This document shows, piece by piece, positions 37,092 to 48,500 of a stretch of DNA of 64,000 nt. The DNA is from Phoronis australis. Lineage: Eukaryota > Animalia > Phoronida. Where the stretch lies: positions 118,251 to 182,250 of the forward strand of contig NMRA01000443.1 of NCBI GenBank assembly GCA_002633005.1. Direction: 5' to 3'. Positions within the stretch are counted from its first letter, which is position 1, and the number at the start of each line of letters is the position of its first letter. Both the position numbers and the translations under genes were made by a program. Under the pieces are notes generated by a model. The model did no database searches. It saw nothing but the letters and a program-made list of their open reading frames with translations, and was not told the DNA's origin.

Positions 37092-40000
37092 TTTTTATGA
37101 AACTAACCATGTTACAGTCCTGGTAAGTTCCTTAATAGGACTGCAACATGATTATTTGCTTAAAAGTAAAATGCTGGCAACTATAACACCAAAATCAGAC
37201 CAAAGTAGTCCTGAAAAGTCATAAGGAAAAACACAATTCTATAACAACTGATGTCCCAAATCGCATAAAAAATCAGTACGAACTACTTCAAATTTTGGAA
37301 AATTCTGACATGCCAACTTGACAAAATACACCATCACATGAAATTAACATTAGCAATTTAAAACATGTTAATCATTTTTCAATCAAAACTTCCAAAAGTT
37401 TTAAATTATTTGTCTAATTAACCTCACTTCCTGAACCTATAGATTGACTACCTTCCATAAAATCTCTTTGGAAACTAATTTAATGAGACTAACTGGAATG
37501 CAATCACTCCTACACATTCTTGAGTAATTTATTTATTTATGAACTTGTGTAAGATCACATTTTAATTGCTTCAGACTGTTTTTTAAGAGAGTTCAAAATC
37601 AAGTAAAATCAAGTCTAAAACCCAAGCTGCTAAGCAAGTGTCTGTTCAGTGGCTCTAGCGAGTGATTACGTAACACCTCACTGAACTAAATGTTACTGTT
37701 CTGGGTATTCTAACCAGCTGTGAAGTGTCTGTTCAATGGCTGTGGCGAGTGATTACATAACACCTCACTGAACTAAATGTTACTGTTCTGGGTATTCTAA
37801 CCAGCTGTGCCACCTGAGTAGCTTGTGCACGTCTGCAATTATCTTATACGCAAACCGTTTGAGTGAAACCATGCTTGACGCTCCGGATGAAAACACTTCC
37901 GATTTGCTTTTTTTTACAAATGCACTCTCAGCTACTTGGCCTAGAGAACACCTGAGTGAAGAACCTTGTGAATAGCTCGCCTAAACGTACAACGCCGCTC
38001 ATGTTAGTCATTAGAAGGAGAGCTGTGACACAGCAGAAAATATCTTGAAAACCTGAAACCGCTTTAATCGTCGTCCAATCGATTTTCTAGTGCATACTTG
38101 TGGTTGGACAATGCTTGTCGAGAGGAGCGGGACTAGTTGTTTCAATGGAGGGGGGGGGGCTTCAAACGAAGTTTCAGTGCAATACTTTACCACGTACGTG
38201 GTATGCGAAGTCAACGCAAGCCAAGCCACACAGATCAATATTTAGCTTTTGTCTCTCATCATCCCATGGAGCAGATGTATAGTGCTATTCGCACTGTTTA
38301 ACGGAGTTGAGAGTGCATAGTTACAGACCCTGTTGAGAACGAAGAAAAGTTACATTCAAGTCGTGCTCTTACAAAATGTGGCTATCAGAAAACAGACTAC
38401 CATTTTCTGGTTCCGTACGTAAAAGGTGTGCCTGGGAAGATGCTTCGAATCCGTAGTCGTTTGGGCTCTAGAGTAGCACACAAACCAGGCAAAACATAGA
38501 TGCACATGATGGTACATTCTATGGACAAAGAACAGAAAGACTGCATTCAATACCAAGTTAATGGTGTATTTTTTGGTATTCAATGTGAGGGAGAACGTGT
38601 CCAGTACCCATGGTAGTGAAACTCAACGACCCCTCAAGAAACGCATGTAACAACAAGAAAAATAACTACTGGGGAAGACATTTCAGGTTACGGTACGACC
38701 ATTTCCATGACTCGTGACATGAGTTCGGCAATGAAAACGTTCAATTGGCACTGAAAACTCGTGTAGAGAAAAGAACTGGTTTGAGAGAGGAGTACTGGAG
38801 GCTATACATGCAAGCCTCCAAGACACTAGGTGGCGCCAGATACAAACTGTCCTCAGCATGGAACGAGAGTGTTGACAGAACTACAAGACAAACAAGTTCC
38901 CACGTGACCAGAGTTCCCGCCACTAGGACTTTACATCAACCCAACGAAGGAGAGGATAGGTCTCCGAGGTACTAGGAATATAGGCAAATATTCAGTCCAG
39001 TAGAGAAGTCTTATTATCAGTGTATAGACTAATACAACAGTAATGAATTACATTAAAAATCAATTCGTTGTATGTGGACATTTTTGTCGAATACTACAAT
39101 AAACTGTTTTACGGGTACATTTATGAATAGCATAACACTGAGAAAACACCATTTATGATGTCAATATGTTCTATGAGGACGTTTCTTGTCCACCACAAAA
39201 TAACATTATTCTTCATATTCTCTGTTGTATATAGGAATTTTTTGTCCAATATGACAGTGACAATTATATTCTTTCTACTGGATTTTTATGCAACTGAATA
39301 ATAAGTGGTATAATTATGGAAATTTAATTCCTTCAACGTAACAGAAAAATCCCGATCATATCAATTATCAATTGTGGTATACAAACATTTTTGTTGTACA
39401 CCAAAAACTAAGTCTTTAGATGAACTGACTCCACGTGGAAATATTTATCCAATATACTTTACAGTAAATATCATTAATGATCGTCATTCTGTGGCAGAAA
39501 CTGGTTCTCCAAACCAGAGATGATTGCAGCAGATGTCCCACAGCCACTGAAAACATCCAAGTCACTGATGACGTCATGAATGAAATGCTGAAAAAAGGGC
39601 AGCCATTGTTCCTCCGTGTTGAAATTGTACTACAGGTGGCTAGCCACAAGTCTGGTGTAACGCAACGTGACTATGGGTATGGAAACATTCCCCCATGGAA
39701 CAGCTTTTGAACTCCTGAGTAACCCGCTTTGTGCATGGACTGAGGTAACAACGAATTTCGTGAATCACAGGTGGCGTTCAGCAAGGGCTATTGCGCACAG
39801 CGGGATCAAGCGTTTACTCTTTATGCTACGTGTCAAAATATATGACGATAAGCACTGTGGGCATTTTGTTTTGCCTTCATTTGTTCAAATTTCAAAGGCA
39901 TTTGACAGAGTTTAGTCCTCAATTGCCACTACGGCCGTAGATTACTAATAGCGCCCATGGTAACGTATCCGGTACTTAAACGAGAATACCACTCAGCTAG

Positions 40001-40499
40001 TTTGTATCAATTTAGATCGAAACATATGCCTAGCAGCAAATAACGATCATGTGTAAGGATTCGAGAAGGTATATTTAATTGGCTTTCTTGAGTGTCACCA
40101 GACAAGGGCACGCGATTACCCCGTTGTTTTCGTCATGCACCTGATTTAATTTATGGAACGCATTTTAATGTCCAAAATATAAATGGAATTATATGGATGA
40201 AAATGCAACGGAAGTCGGGTGAAATCGCACCGGAAGGCGGGTGAAATCACTCCTATATATGGATGATAGTATGTGTGTGTGTGCGTGTGTGTGCGTGTGT
40301 GTGTATGCGTGCGACGTGTTTGTGTGCGTGGGTGTGTAAATAAAACAACAATAATGGATCATCTGATATTTTCGGATATAAAAATATTCTTTGTCAACAG
40401 AAAGAGAAAAAAGTAGAATAAAACACAACATGACAAATGGGATCTGGTACTTGGTTTAATGAACATGATAGATTGTTGCGGAAAAAAGTTAAGGATATA

Positions 40500-41260
40500 A
40501 TTTAAGAAGTCTTTATGTTTAATCCATTGGGTTCAAGTGTGTTACGCTTATCTATCTAAAATTGTTCTCTTTTGAGTCTGTGGGGGGTACTGGGGTATTG
40601 GAGTTTTTCCATTATTTGTACAGAAAGATCTTGTAGATTATGATTTTTGGAATTTAAATGATAACCTTTATATATATATCAGGAATGTTTTTATATATTA
40701 TGTTAAATCTATGATTGCGAAACCGAGTTTGTAAATTATGTTTAGTTTGTCCTACATATTGAATGGAACATTTTCTACATGTTATTAGGTAAATGATATT
40801 GTTGGTGGTGCAGTCAGAATAATGTTTTATTTCGAATTTTTCATTGGTTTGAGAAGACTGGAAGAAAGTATTGTCGTTAATAAAGTTACACATTTTGCAT
40901 CTAAATTTGTTACATTGTGTGTTGCCAATAGATTTGTCAGGTTGGTTTTTATTGTCCATATTTGCTCTAACTAAATAATTTTTAGGCTTTTGCATTTTCT
41001 CCAAGAAATTATAGGTGGATGAAGAAATAGGTTTTTCATTTGAGGGGAAAATGCAGCGTCGAAAGGTGTTTTCTGAAGACGTGGCTAATTCCGTTTAAGC
41101 ATGGATTGAACATGGTATTGAAAGGTATTCTATTATTAGTATTGAAGTCATTCGTTTTAGCTCTTAAAGATTCATTTATTGTGACTGGGCGGACTTTGTC
41201 AAACTGTTTGTGTATAAAATGTAAGGCATTACTTACTTCAACGTCGTTAGTCGAGCGGGC
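40500..41260 (-). mobile_element. Penelope-like element 3' fragment (GIY-YIG endonuclease)
   Basis: CNKFRCKMC..CTTNNIIYLITCRKCSIQYVGQT..LQTRFRNH, then RLKREQF*IDK..TLEPNGLN. Contains frameshifts and stops. Confidence 0.9.
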
Positions 41261-41299
41261 AAATATGGGCATGTCGCGTAGGAAATTACAATAGCATAT

Positions 41300-41585
41300 G
41301 ATTATATGTCAATTTAGCCGTGTGTCAAAAAGCGGGACATTTAGAAGGGGTGGCGGGATGGCGGAAAAGATATGAAGTGGGACAGTCCGCCAAGAGCGGT
41401 GCAATTGCCAAATACAATGTACGCTGTCAGCAACGCAAAGTACTGGATTGGGTTCTTTTACAAGATAAACACTTCATTTTTTTAAAATTATATTTCACGT
41501 AAATACTACGGATAACAGTAGGCCTACTTCTTCGAAATCAAATTAATAAAAAACGGCATCTGGGCAACAGGTAAACATTACACAA
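41300..41585 (+). repeat. Dispersed ~280-bp direct repeat, second copy near 43200-43490
   Basis: Both copies share ATTATATGTCAAT..GCCGTGTGTCAAAAAGCGGG..AAGTGGGACAGTCCGCCAAGAG..GGATTGGGTTCTTTTACAAG. Confidence 0.75.
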
Positions 41586-41629
41586 ATGACTGAAAGCAGT
41601 AATAACACACACGCACACACACACACACG

Positions 41630-41660
<31 letters not shown>

Positions 41661-41884
41661 TATATATATATATGAATTAAAAATAACTTATCTTTTGCTT
41701 TCGATATAATCATCAAGAATTGACAAAGGGCTTTCTAAGGATATGGCTTACTATGGGATTCGGTTGAAAAACGGCGGAGTTGAAAAAAGTTTTAATGACA
41801 GTAACTTCCAAAGCAAGTGAAGACACCGGAACAAACGAATGTAAACAACTCTCGCGCATGCGCAGCGCAACTTTCATTAANACG

Positions 41885-41933
<49 letters not shown>

Positions 41934-41934
<1 letters not shown>

Positions 41935-42263
41935 ATGAATTAAAAATAACTTATCTTTTGCTTTCGATATAATCATCAAGAATTGACAAAGGGCTTTCTA
42001 AGGATATGGCTTACTATGGGATTCGGTTGAAAAACGGCGGAGTTGAAAAAAGTTTTAATGACAGTAACTTCCAAAGCAAGTGAAGACACCGGAACAAACG
42101 AATGTAAACAACTCTCGCGCATGCGCAGCGCAACTTTCATTAAAACTAATCGCACAACTCAGACGTTTTTCAACCGAATTGCATAAGAACCATATCATTA
42201 GAAAGTCCTTTGTCAGTTCTTGATGATCATAACGAAAGCAAAAGATAAATAATGTAATTCATA
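41934..42263. mobile_element. Fold-back MITE inserted next to a (CA)n(TA)n microsatellite; left part duplicated at ~41670-41880 across N41881
   Basis: About 95-bp inverted arms TTATCTTTTGCTTTCGATAT..ATTCGGTTGAAAAACG / CGTTTTTTCAACCGAAT..CGAAAGCAAAAGATAA. Confidence 0.7.
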
Positions 42264-42789
42264 AGTAATTATCATTTCGCGTACCAGATTGGTTTAAAAA
42301 TATTTTTTAATCCTAAAAACCAAGAGCATTACCAAAATGCGAAAAATAACAGCGTGTAATAGTAACATAAAAAGGAAATGTACAAGAGATTACGATATAT
42401 ATATAAATGACTAGTTGAGCCATTAGGGAAATAATTTCAGTGATTCAAAAGCTTTTACCCTATGGAGACAAAGGTTTTAGAATACGGATCCCTCACACTT
42501 GCTGTGGATAATTTAGTCACGCATTCATCCAAAATTATGCGTATTTATATATTATAATTCATTGGACCCTTGGTGCCTTATGATACAATTACATTCTTCA
42601 GTAAAAAATCTAAAAACACTGACGTTTAGGAAAAATGCGATGAACTACTCCAAGTACACTATCCGAAATTTACAGATAAAAGTTTTCTGATAGATAAAAA
42701 TGGGCAAACATCTATCAACTAGCGTTAAAACGTACTGTGAATAGCTCATCCCATTGGTGTGAGGGCAGGACTGTTCTTCGGAAAGTAAA

Positions 42790-42870
42790 AGTTCGTGATC
42801 CTGATACAGGTAGTGTATGTTACCGTAAACAAGAGACAATAGAACACATTTTTACGATTGTTACGTTACT
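42790..42870 (+). pseudogene. Non-LTR retrotransposon C-terminal CCHC (zf-RVT-like) remnant
   Basis: SVCYRKQETIEHIF/YDC pattern with one frameshift. Confidence 0.4.
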
Positions 42871-44450
42871 TAAGAAAGCGGATTTTGGAAAAGAACAGTT
42901 TTCTTAAAAGAGACAATGTTATTTTGAATACTTAATTGTTGCATGGCCAACATTCGGGAACGAAAAAAACGGAACAACTGGATTGAAAAGCGGGACTATT
43001 GGGTCTAAGGCAAAACGCAAGGATGAAATGTTCGCTGCAACAAACAAATGACTTACCGGCGTTTTTTTTGTCGGATGGGAGATATCACACCCAAAAATGC
43101 CCGACAATTTTTTTACGGTTGAATGGGAAATTGCATACATGAAACGTTCCGATTTTTAGTTTTCAGTCGAGTGGAAAATTTGGCTATGTCTTGTTGGAAA
43201 TTACAGAAGTATTATATGTCAATCTGGCCGTGTGTCAAAAAGCGGGGACATTTAGATGGTGTTGCGGGATGGCAGAAAAAGAATTAAAAAAGTGGGACAG
43301 TCCGCCAAGAGAGGGACAATACAATGTACGTTGTCAGAGACACGAAGAAATGGATTGGGTTCTTTTACAAGGTAACCTTTTAATTTTTAAAAAGTTTATT
43401 TCAGCCGTTTAAATACTACAGATAACAATAAGCCTTACTAATAAATCGAATAAACAATAATGGCATCGAGGCAACACGTAAACATCGCTCAGATGAATTT
43501 TATAGAAACAATTGAAAACCGCAATAAACTACGCTCATTGTCCAGTCAGAGCCACAGGTCGGTGCTCAGAATGCCCATTGTAGTTGTCGGGTTTGTTGAC
43601 TAATTTTGCCGAGAAATCGTTGATTGTGTGGAACCATGCCTCCAGGGTCAGTCTCGCTTGATGAATAATTATGATAATAAAATGAAAATAAAGCAATGAG
43701 ATTAGGTTTGATTTAATAACTACAGCTGTCGATGAAAACTCAGTAAGTCGAGTATGCAGCCGGAAATTCTCAGTGCAAACTCTCGTGGCTAGTCTCGGGG
43801 ATACACAGGTCACGTGCGGGAGTTGGCATTCCAGGGGCCTCCCGCGGCTCCAACAAAACGGACCTAGCTAAGACAAACCTTAAAAATTTTAATAAATTTT
43901 AAGCTAAAACTTAAAATTTTCTCAATACCGTGTCTAGCAAACGATCTTTAGTTAAACTGAAGTTTTTGATGTAAGTTTTCAAAATTGTCTTAATTTCTTT
44001 ATGTAGCAGTTTCAATTTGGAAGTTAAGAGAAATCTTAGACTTTAAGTCAAGACTGAACTTTAAGTCAGTTTCTTAGAACGGGCCCCAGGGCTAGAGTTC
44101 TATGGAACCAGGTTAAGCGGCCGCGGAGTGGCATTCCAGAATCACGGTAACGCTCAGCCAGCTAGTTGTAAGAAGACTATCGTCAAAATACGGTATACAG
44201 CTTTGCGCCAAGTAACGCTAGGACCTCGCTAAAAAGCAAGACTTCGCGAGAGTACGTTTGATATTGCCGTGTATTTTAAATGAGAACACGTGATTTTGTC
44301 TGGATTTGAGCAAGGCCGGTCCTATCGTAGGTCCTATGCGTCCAATGTACTGAACATTCCCATTGTTGCCGCTGCACAGGAGACAATCACTGGTAGACGG
44401 CAGAGGGCAACACTTTACACCAGCATCGTATCTTTGCCAGCATGAAGAGC

Positions 44451-44585
44451 ACGGAAGTCAATGACGTCACTGTTTTGGTGGACGTGTTGTACTTGACGAC
44501 AAACTTCTGAAGATTCGAGCCCATCCTCTGAAGATGGTTTCAACTATCTTGGACTTATTTATTTTGACTTTAATTTGTTGTTAAG
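44451..44585 (+). promoter_or_regulatory. Putative kinesin promoter and non-coding first exon
   Basis: ETS-type CGGAAGT (44452-44458) next to a full CRE TGACGTCA (44462-44469). Donor AAG|GTAGGT at 44585/44586, about 1 kb upstream of the ATG exon acceptor (45555). Confidence 0.45.
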
Positions 44586-45565
44586 GTAGGTGAGATTTCT
44601 ACATCAGCTTCTAGACCGCTTTGACATGATATTGGAGAATTGGCCGGAACCAATGACATATTTGTAAATACGTCATGAGGGGAGTTTTAATCAGGCTGAG
44701 GGAGGTGAGGCTGGTGAGGAGGAATTTATAAATTCCGTCTAAAGCTGGATGTCTGCCTATAGTGACAGAGTTGGAGCCTGTGACTTGCAGGTCGGTGTGT
44801 TGTCTTTGGGACTGTGCATCTCTCATACTTCAGATATGAGTTCATTGAGTTGTCTAAGTTGCCCACACTTGGGGTAACTCTCAGCTGCCTTATTCCATGG
44901 GCATGGTCGGCGCACCGTACTATACAATAGCCTATGGTATAGGCTATCCGTATAGGCTATGGTCATGGAGTAAGTGAGGGCTACAGCCCCCCACTTTTTT
45001 CAGTGCTAGGCCGCACATGGTCAATAGGCGGTGCACCACAGGGGGGCTGAGGGGGCTTTAGCCCTCCCGCTTTTTTCAGTGCTGCGCCGCCCATGTATTC
45101 AGAGTACTCTTGGAGTAATCGGTTCAAACGTGCTGCAAATTGACATGTTTTCGCGTCCTAATGTTTCTTTCTCTTCACAAAAAACTGAAGTTGTACATTG
45201 TACAATTGCTTTCACTTGTTAAACACGTCACTACACTACTTTTTTACTCCGCTGCGACTCACATGACATTAATCTACCCGCTTCAAGAAGTTAATATATC
45301 AGGCAGTGTTTCATTGATCTACCAACTTCAAGGAGTTATTTGGGCCAGTGTTTTATTGCCATCAGGTCATTGCTGATGCTATAATTGTTGTGTATAACCC
45401 AAAAGGAAGTTAGGTCATTGTTCTAGATATTGAGGGTTGATGACTCGTGTGGTTTTTGTACAAATCTATGAATCAAGCACAAAGTGCTGTGAAATGTGTC
45501 AAGGTTTTAATGGAACATATTTTTACTTATAACATGGGGATACTTTTTGGTTCAGCCCATGGAGG

Positions 45566-48500
45566 ATGGGTTCAGGAGCTTCTATAGATGGTGGAGGTAC
45601 CTCAGGGCAGGATGACAGCCAGCAAACTGGGCGTACTCACAGATCGGCCCCTCAGCGCCGAACACAGGGATTCCAGGAAGTGGAGATACGTCCCTCTACT
45701 GACAATAACATGAATCGAAATTTCCCGACACAAGAAAATTCAGGTAAATTGCATTTGAGATGCTGCTGATCATTTCAACAGAAGAAAGTTCGCGTTAGGT
45801 TAAGTAAGTGTAATTGTTATATAGACTAGGGCAATGTGACAAACCTTTGACACCNNCCACCCCCCCCCCCCCGTACCTTATTGAGATAGGGTAACGCACT
45901 CATTAGACTGCAGAGTTGGACATTTTGCTCGTTCTTCAGTCTTGACTAACAATAGCAGTGGCTGAGGTATTGAAACTGGTGGGTATTTCATTGTTACAAT
46001 AGACTTGACAAGATCTGCTCTACCTAACTATTGTTGCACCTTATTTCCCACGGGAGATCACCCTTAGAATCACCATGTATGCACATTGATTAGGATCTTC
46101 AACTATTGTTAGTGCAGTGAGATGAGGTAATCCCCAAAACAAAAAATCTCATGGGAGATTCCTGTGTTCACACCTGGTGCTCCCTCTGTTGGCTGCAAGC
46201 ATGCCCTCTACTGTGAAAAATGTTTGGTGCTAATTATGTATTTCTGATACAGGCACAAGCAGTGTTGTTCAACCTAATCATGATGGGGTTGAATATAAAG
46301 CCATGTACAAGCATCTTGACAAACAAGAACAACAACAAAAAAGTCAGGAAAAACGAGAACCAAAATATGGGGTAAAGTTGTGATTTATTGTGTAAATTAG
46401 TTTAGTGGCCAAGGCAGGCTTTACTTTTTGGCTCATGATTTCCTGCTTGAGGTACAAACTGTGATAGTGAGGAGCTTAATTTATAATCTCCAGTTTCTCT
46501 ATTTCATCATGTAATTTGTTCTCATTTTAAGTAGTTTTACTTTATGTTGTTGCTACATTAGTCAACCACACATTCCGGTTGTTGCTTACTACACCTGCAG
46601 TCTGTGTGGTTGTGGTATAATATGCCAAGTAAATGTTGGAATCGTACTGTGACCTTACATGATATAAGTGATTCATTTTCAGCGTGGTTAGTTGCGAGCA
46701 GCCTCGTGTGAAATTGGGACTGTCTTTGTGAACTAAATTTGTGATTCTTAAAAGTGGCCCAGTCTTGTTTCTTATTTGGTCTTTCTGTCAAAGCTACATG
46801 AGATCCTACTGGTATCCTAATCCTATCACTAATGGTTTTAGCAGTCATGCTTCATTTTGAGACTTGCATATTCAGCCTATTGTTCTGCACCAAGTAACTC
46901 AGATTTTCTACTAAACTGTGAGTGGGAATTTAGTCACTAAGTCCTGTGTGTAAGTTAGACTGGTCGTTTTACATTGATGTGGACCAATAACACAATGCAA
47001 AGCTTTGTTGTAAAACCTTGCACTACTGTAGGCTTTTCGTTGGTATGTATTTTGAATGTGCTACTGAACCCAACGTTCCCTATTACACAAGAGTTTCCAT
47101 GGAAACTACTGAGTGAGGTTAGATTCATTGTGTACACATGTTGATGGAAGCCTGAAGATATGGTCTATTATTGCGCATTCACCTATTGATTTGCTGTTTT
47201 TCAGAATGACGACATTGTGTTTGAGACATTTTTCCACCATGATGGCTCTGACTACACTTGCCTGTACCAGAATGGTGAGAGGTATTATATGCAGTGGCAG
47301 AATGGAGTAAGTGTTATATCTTTCTGTGCTTTCTCTATTTAATGATGCTTATGGGTAAACTGTACACTCATCTAGCAAGCCAAAATAAAAGTGCTGTTCT
47401 AATTTCCCACTTTTATTTGACGTTTTCACTTAAATATACTTTTTGCCAAACATTTTTTTTTAAATTTCACTTTGTCCGCATTAAGTTTGTTGCGTTATTT
47501 AACATTTCTTGCTACTGCTAGCTCACAGGTTACAAAGCATTTTAAATTTATTTCTTAAATTGAAAAGTGTGCTATATTTTTGTTAGTAATGCATTGCTAT
47601 TAAGATTTGAAACTGGGGTGTCCTATTGTTTGGTTGTGGTTGGAGATCATGTACCATGTTTTATCTTAAAGTTATGTTGAATGGAACTTCAGCTGGTGAA
47701 AAATCACCAATTTCAAACTAAGATAAAGGAAGGGGTTTATTCAGTAGAAATTAAAATCTATGAGTTATATTCCAACCCCAGTATAATCATAGAAAACAAG
47801 AAATGTTTCACTAGTCAAGTTTTTTCTAACAGCCATAGTTAAACCAAGATATTCTGCAGTGGCTATTTTGTGAAATGGGATATCCCAATGTAATAGTTAT
47901 ATAGTCTAAACAGCCATTAATACACCTTAAATAATTCTGAAGTGCAAATTTCATGGCATATGAACTCCTTTTTGGAATGTCCCTTCTGCTTGTATGGCTT
48001 CTCCCTAGAATTGGCTGCCATTTCCTCCTGAATGGTACAACAAAGGGCTTTTGGTCACAGACAGCAAAGTGGAAGATGTGAGTTGTTGGCAGATACAGTT
48101 GCACAGATACTCTGGAGAAAGACTATTTCTTATTGACTTCAACTTTTATTTAAAGCTTCATTTCATCCTGCTTAGCTTAATAGAACAAAAATCTAATTAG
48201 GCCGTATAACCGGCCTGGTAGTTCTCTGTCTTGTGATAGGATTCTATTTCTGTTACCATCTCAAGCCTCCTACAATTAATTATAAGGTCTGCCAACCCTA
48301 ATAAATTCATAACTGCTTTCTTGAGTCACTGGTGGTGTCCATGTTCTTATTGGTAACAAAAATAGAATGCTATTGCAATAAAGAATATTACGAGACTGAT
48401 TTTATAGAGAGTAAAAGGCCGACTTCAATTTTCTTTTCTTTAGCTATTTAAGCAGGACAAAATGCAGCTTTAAGACTCGAATTCTTTGATAGTTGAGTTT

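Larger units (their letters stand above)
34189..37809 (-). mobile_element. Chapaev / N-RAG-TP-like DNA transposon, internally deleted
   Basis: Inverted ends CACAGCTG share the blocks ACATTTAGTT and GTTATGTAATCACT; 4-bp flanks are CTAC/CCAC. Contains a RAG1-N-like Zn motif (36830-37090) and the C-terminal catalytic motif GLGLLGEQGGESIH (about 36200-36245), both on the - strand. Confidence 0.8.

Noticed and set aside
34189-37809. True ProtoRAG (RAG1L-RAG2L) transposon
   Set aside because: The flanks fit a 4-bp better than a 5-bp TSD, the catalytic motif is the Chapaev-type EQGGESIH, and no RAG2-like ORF was recognised.
41600-42143. Biological tandem duplication of a microsatellite-MITE block
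   Set aside because: The two copies are essentially identical and abut a single N (41881), typical of an unmerged contig overlap.
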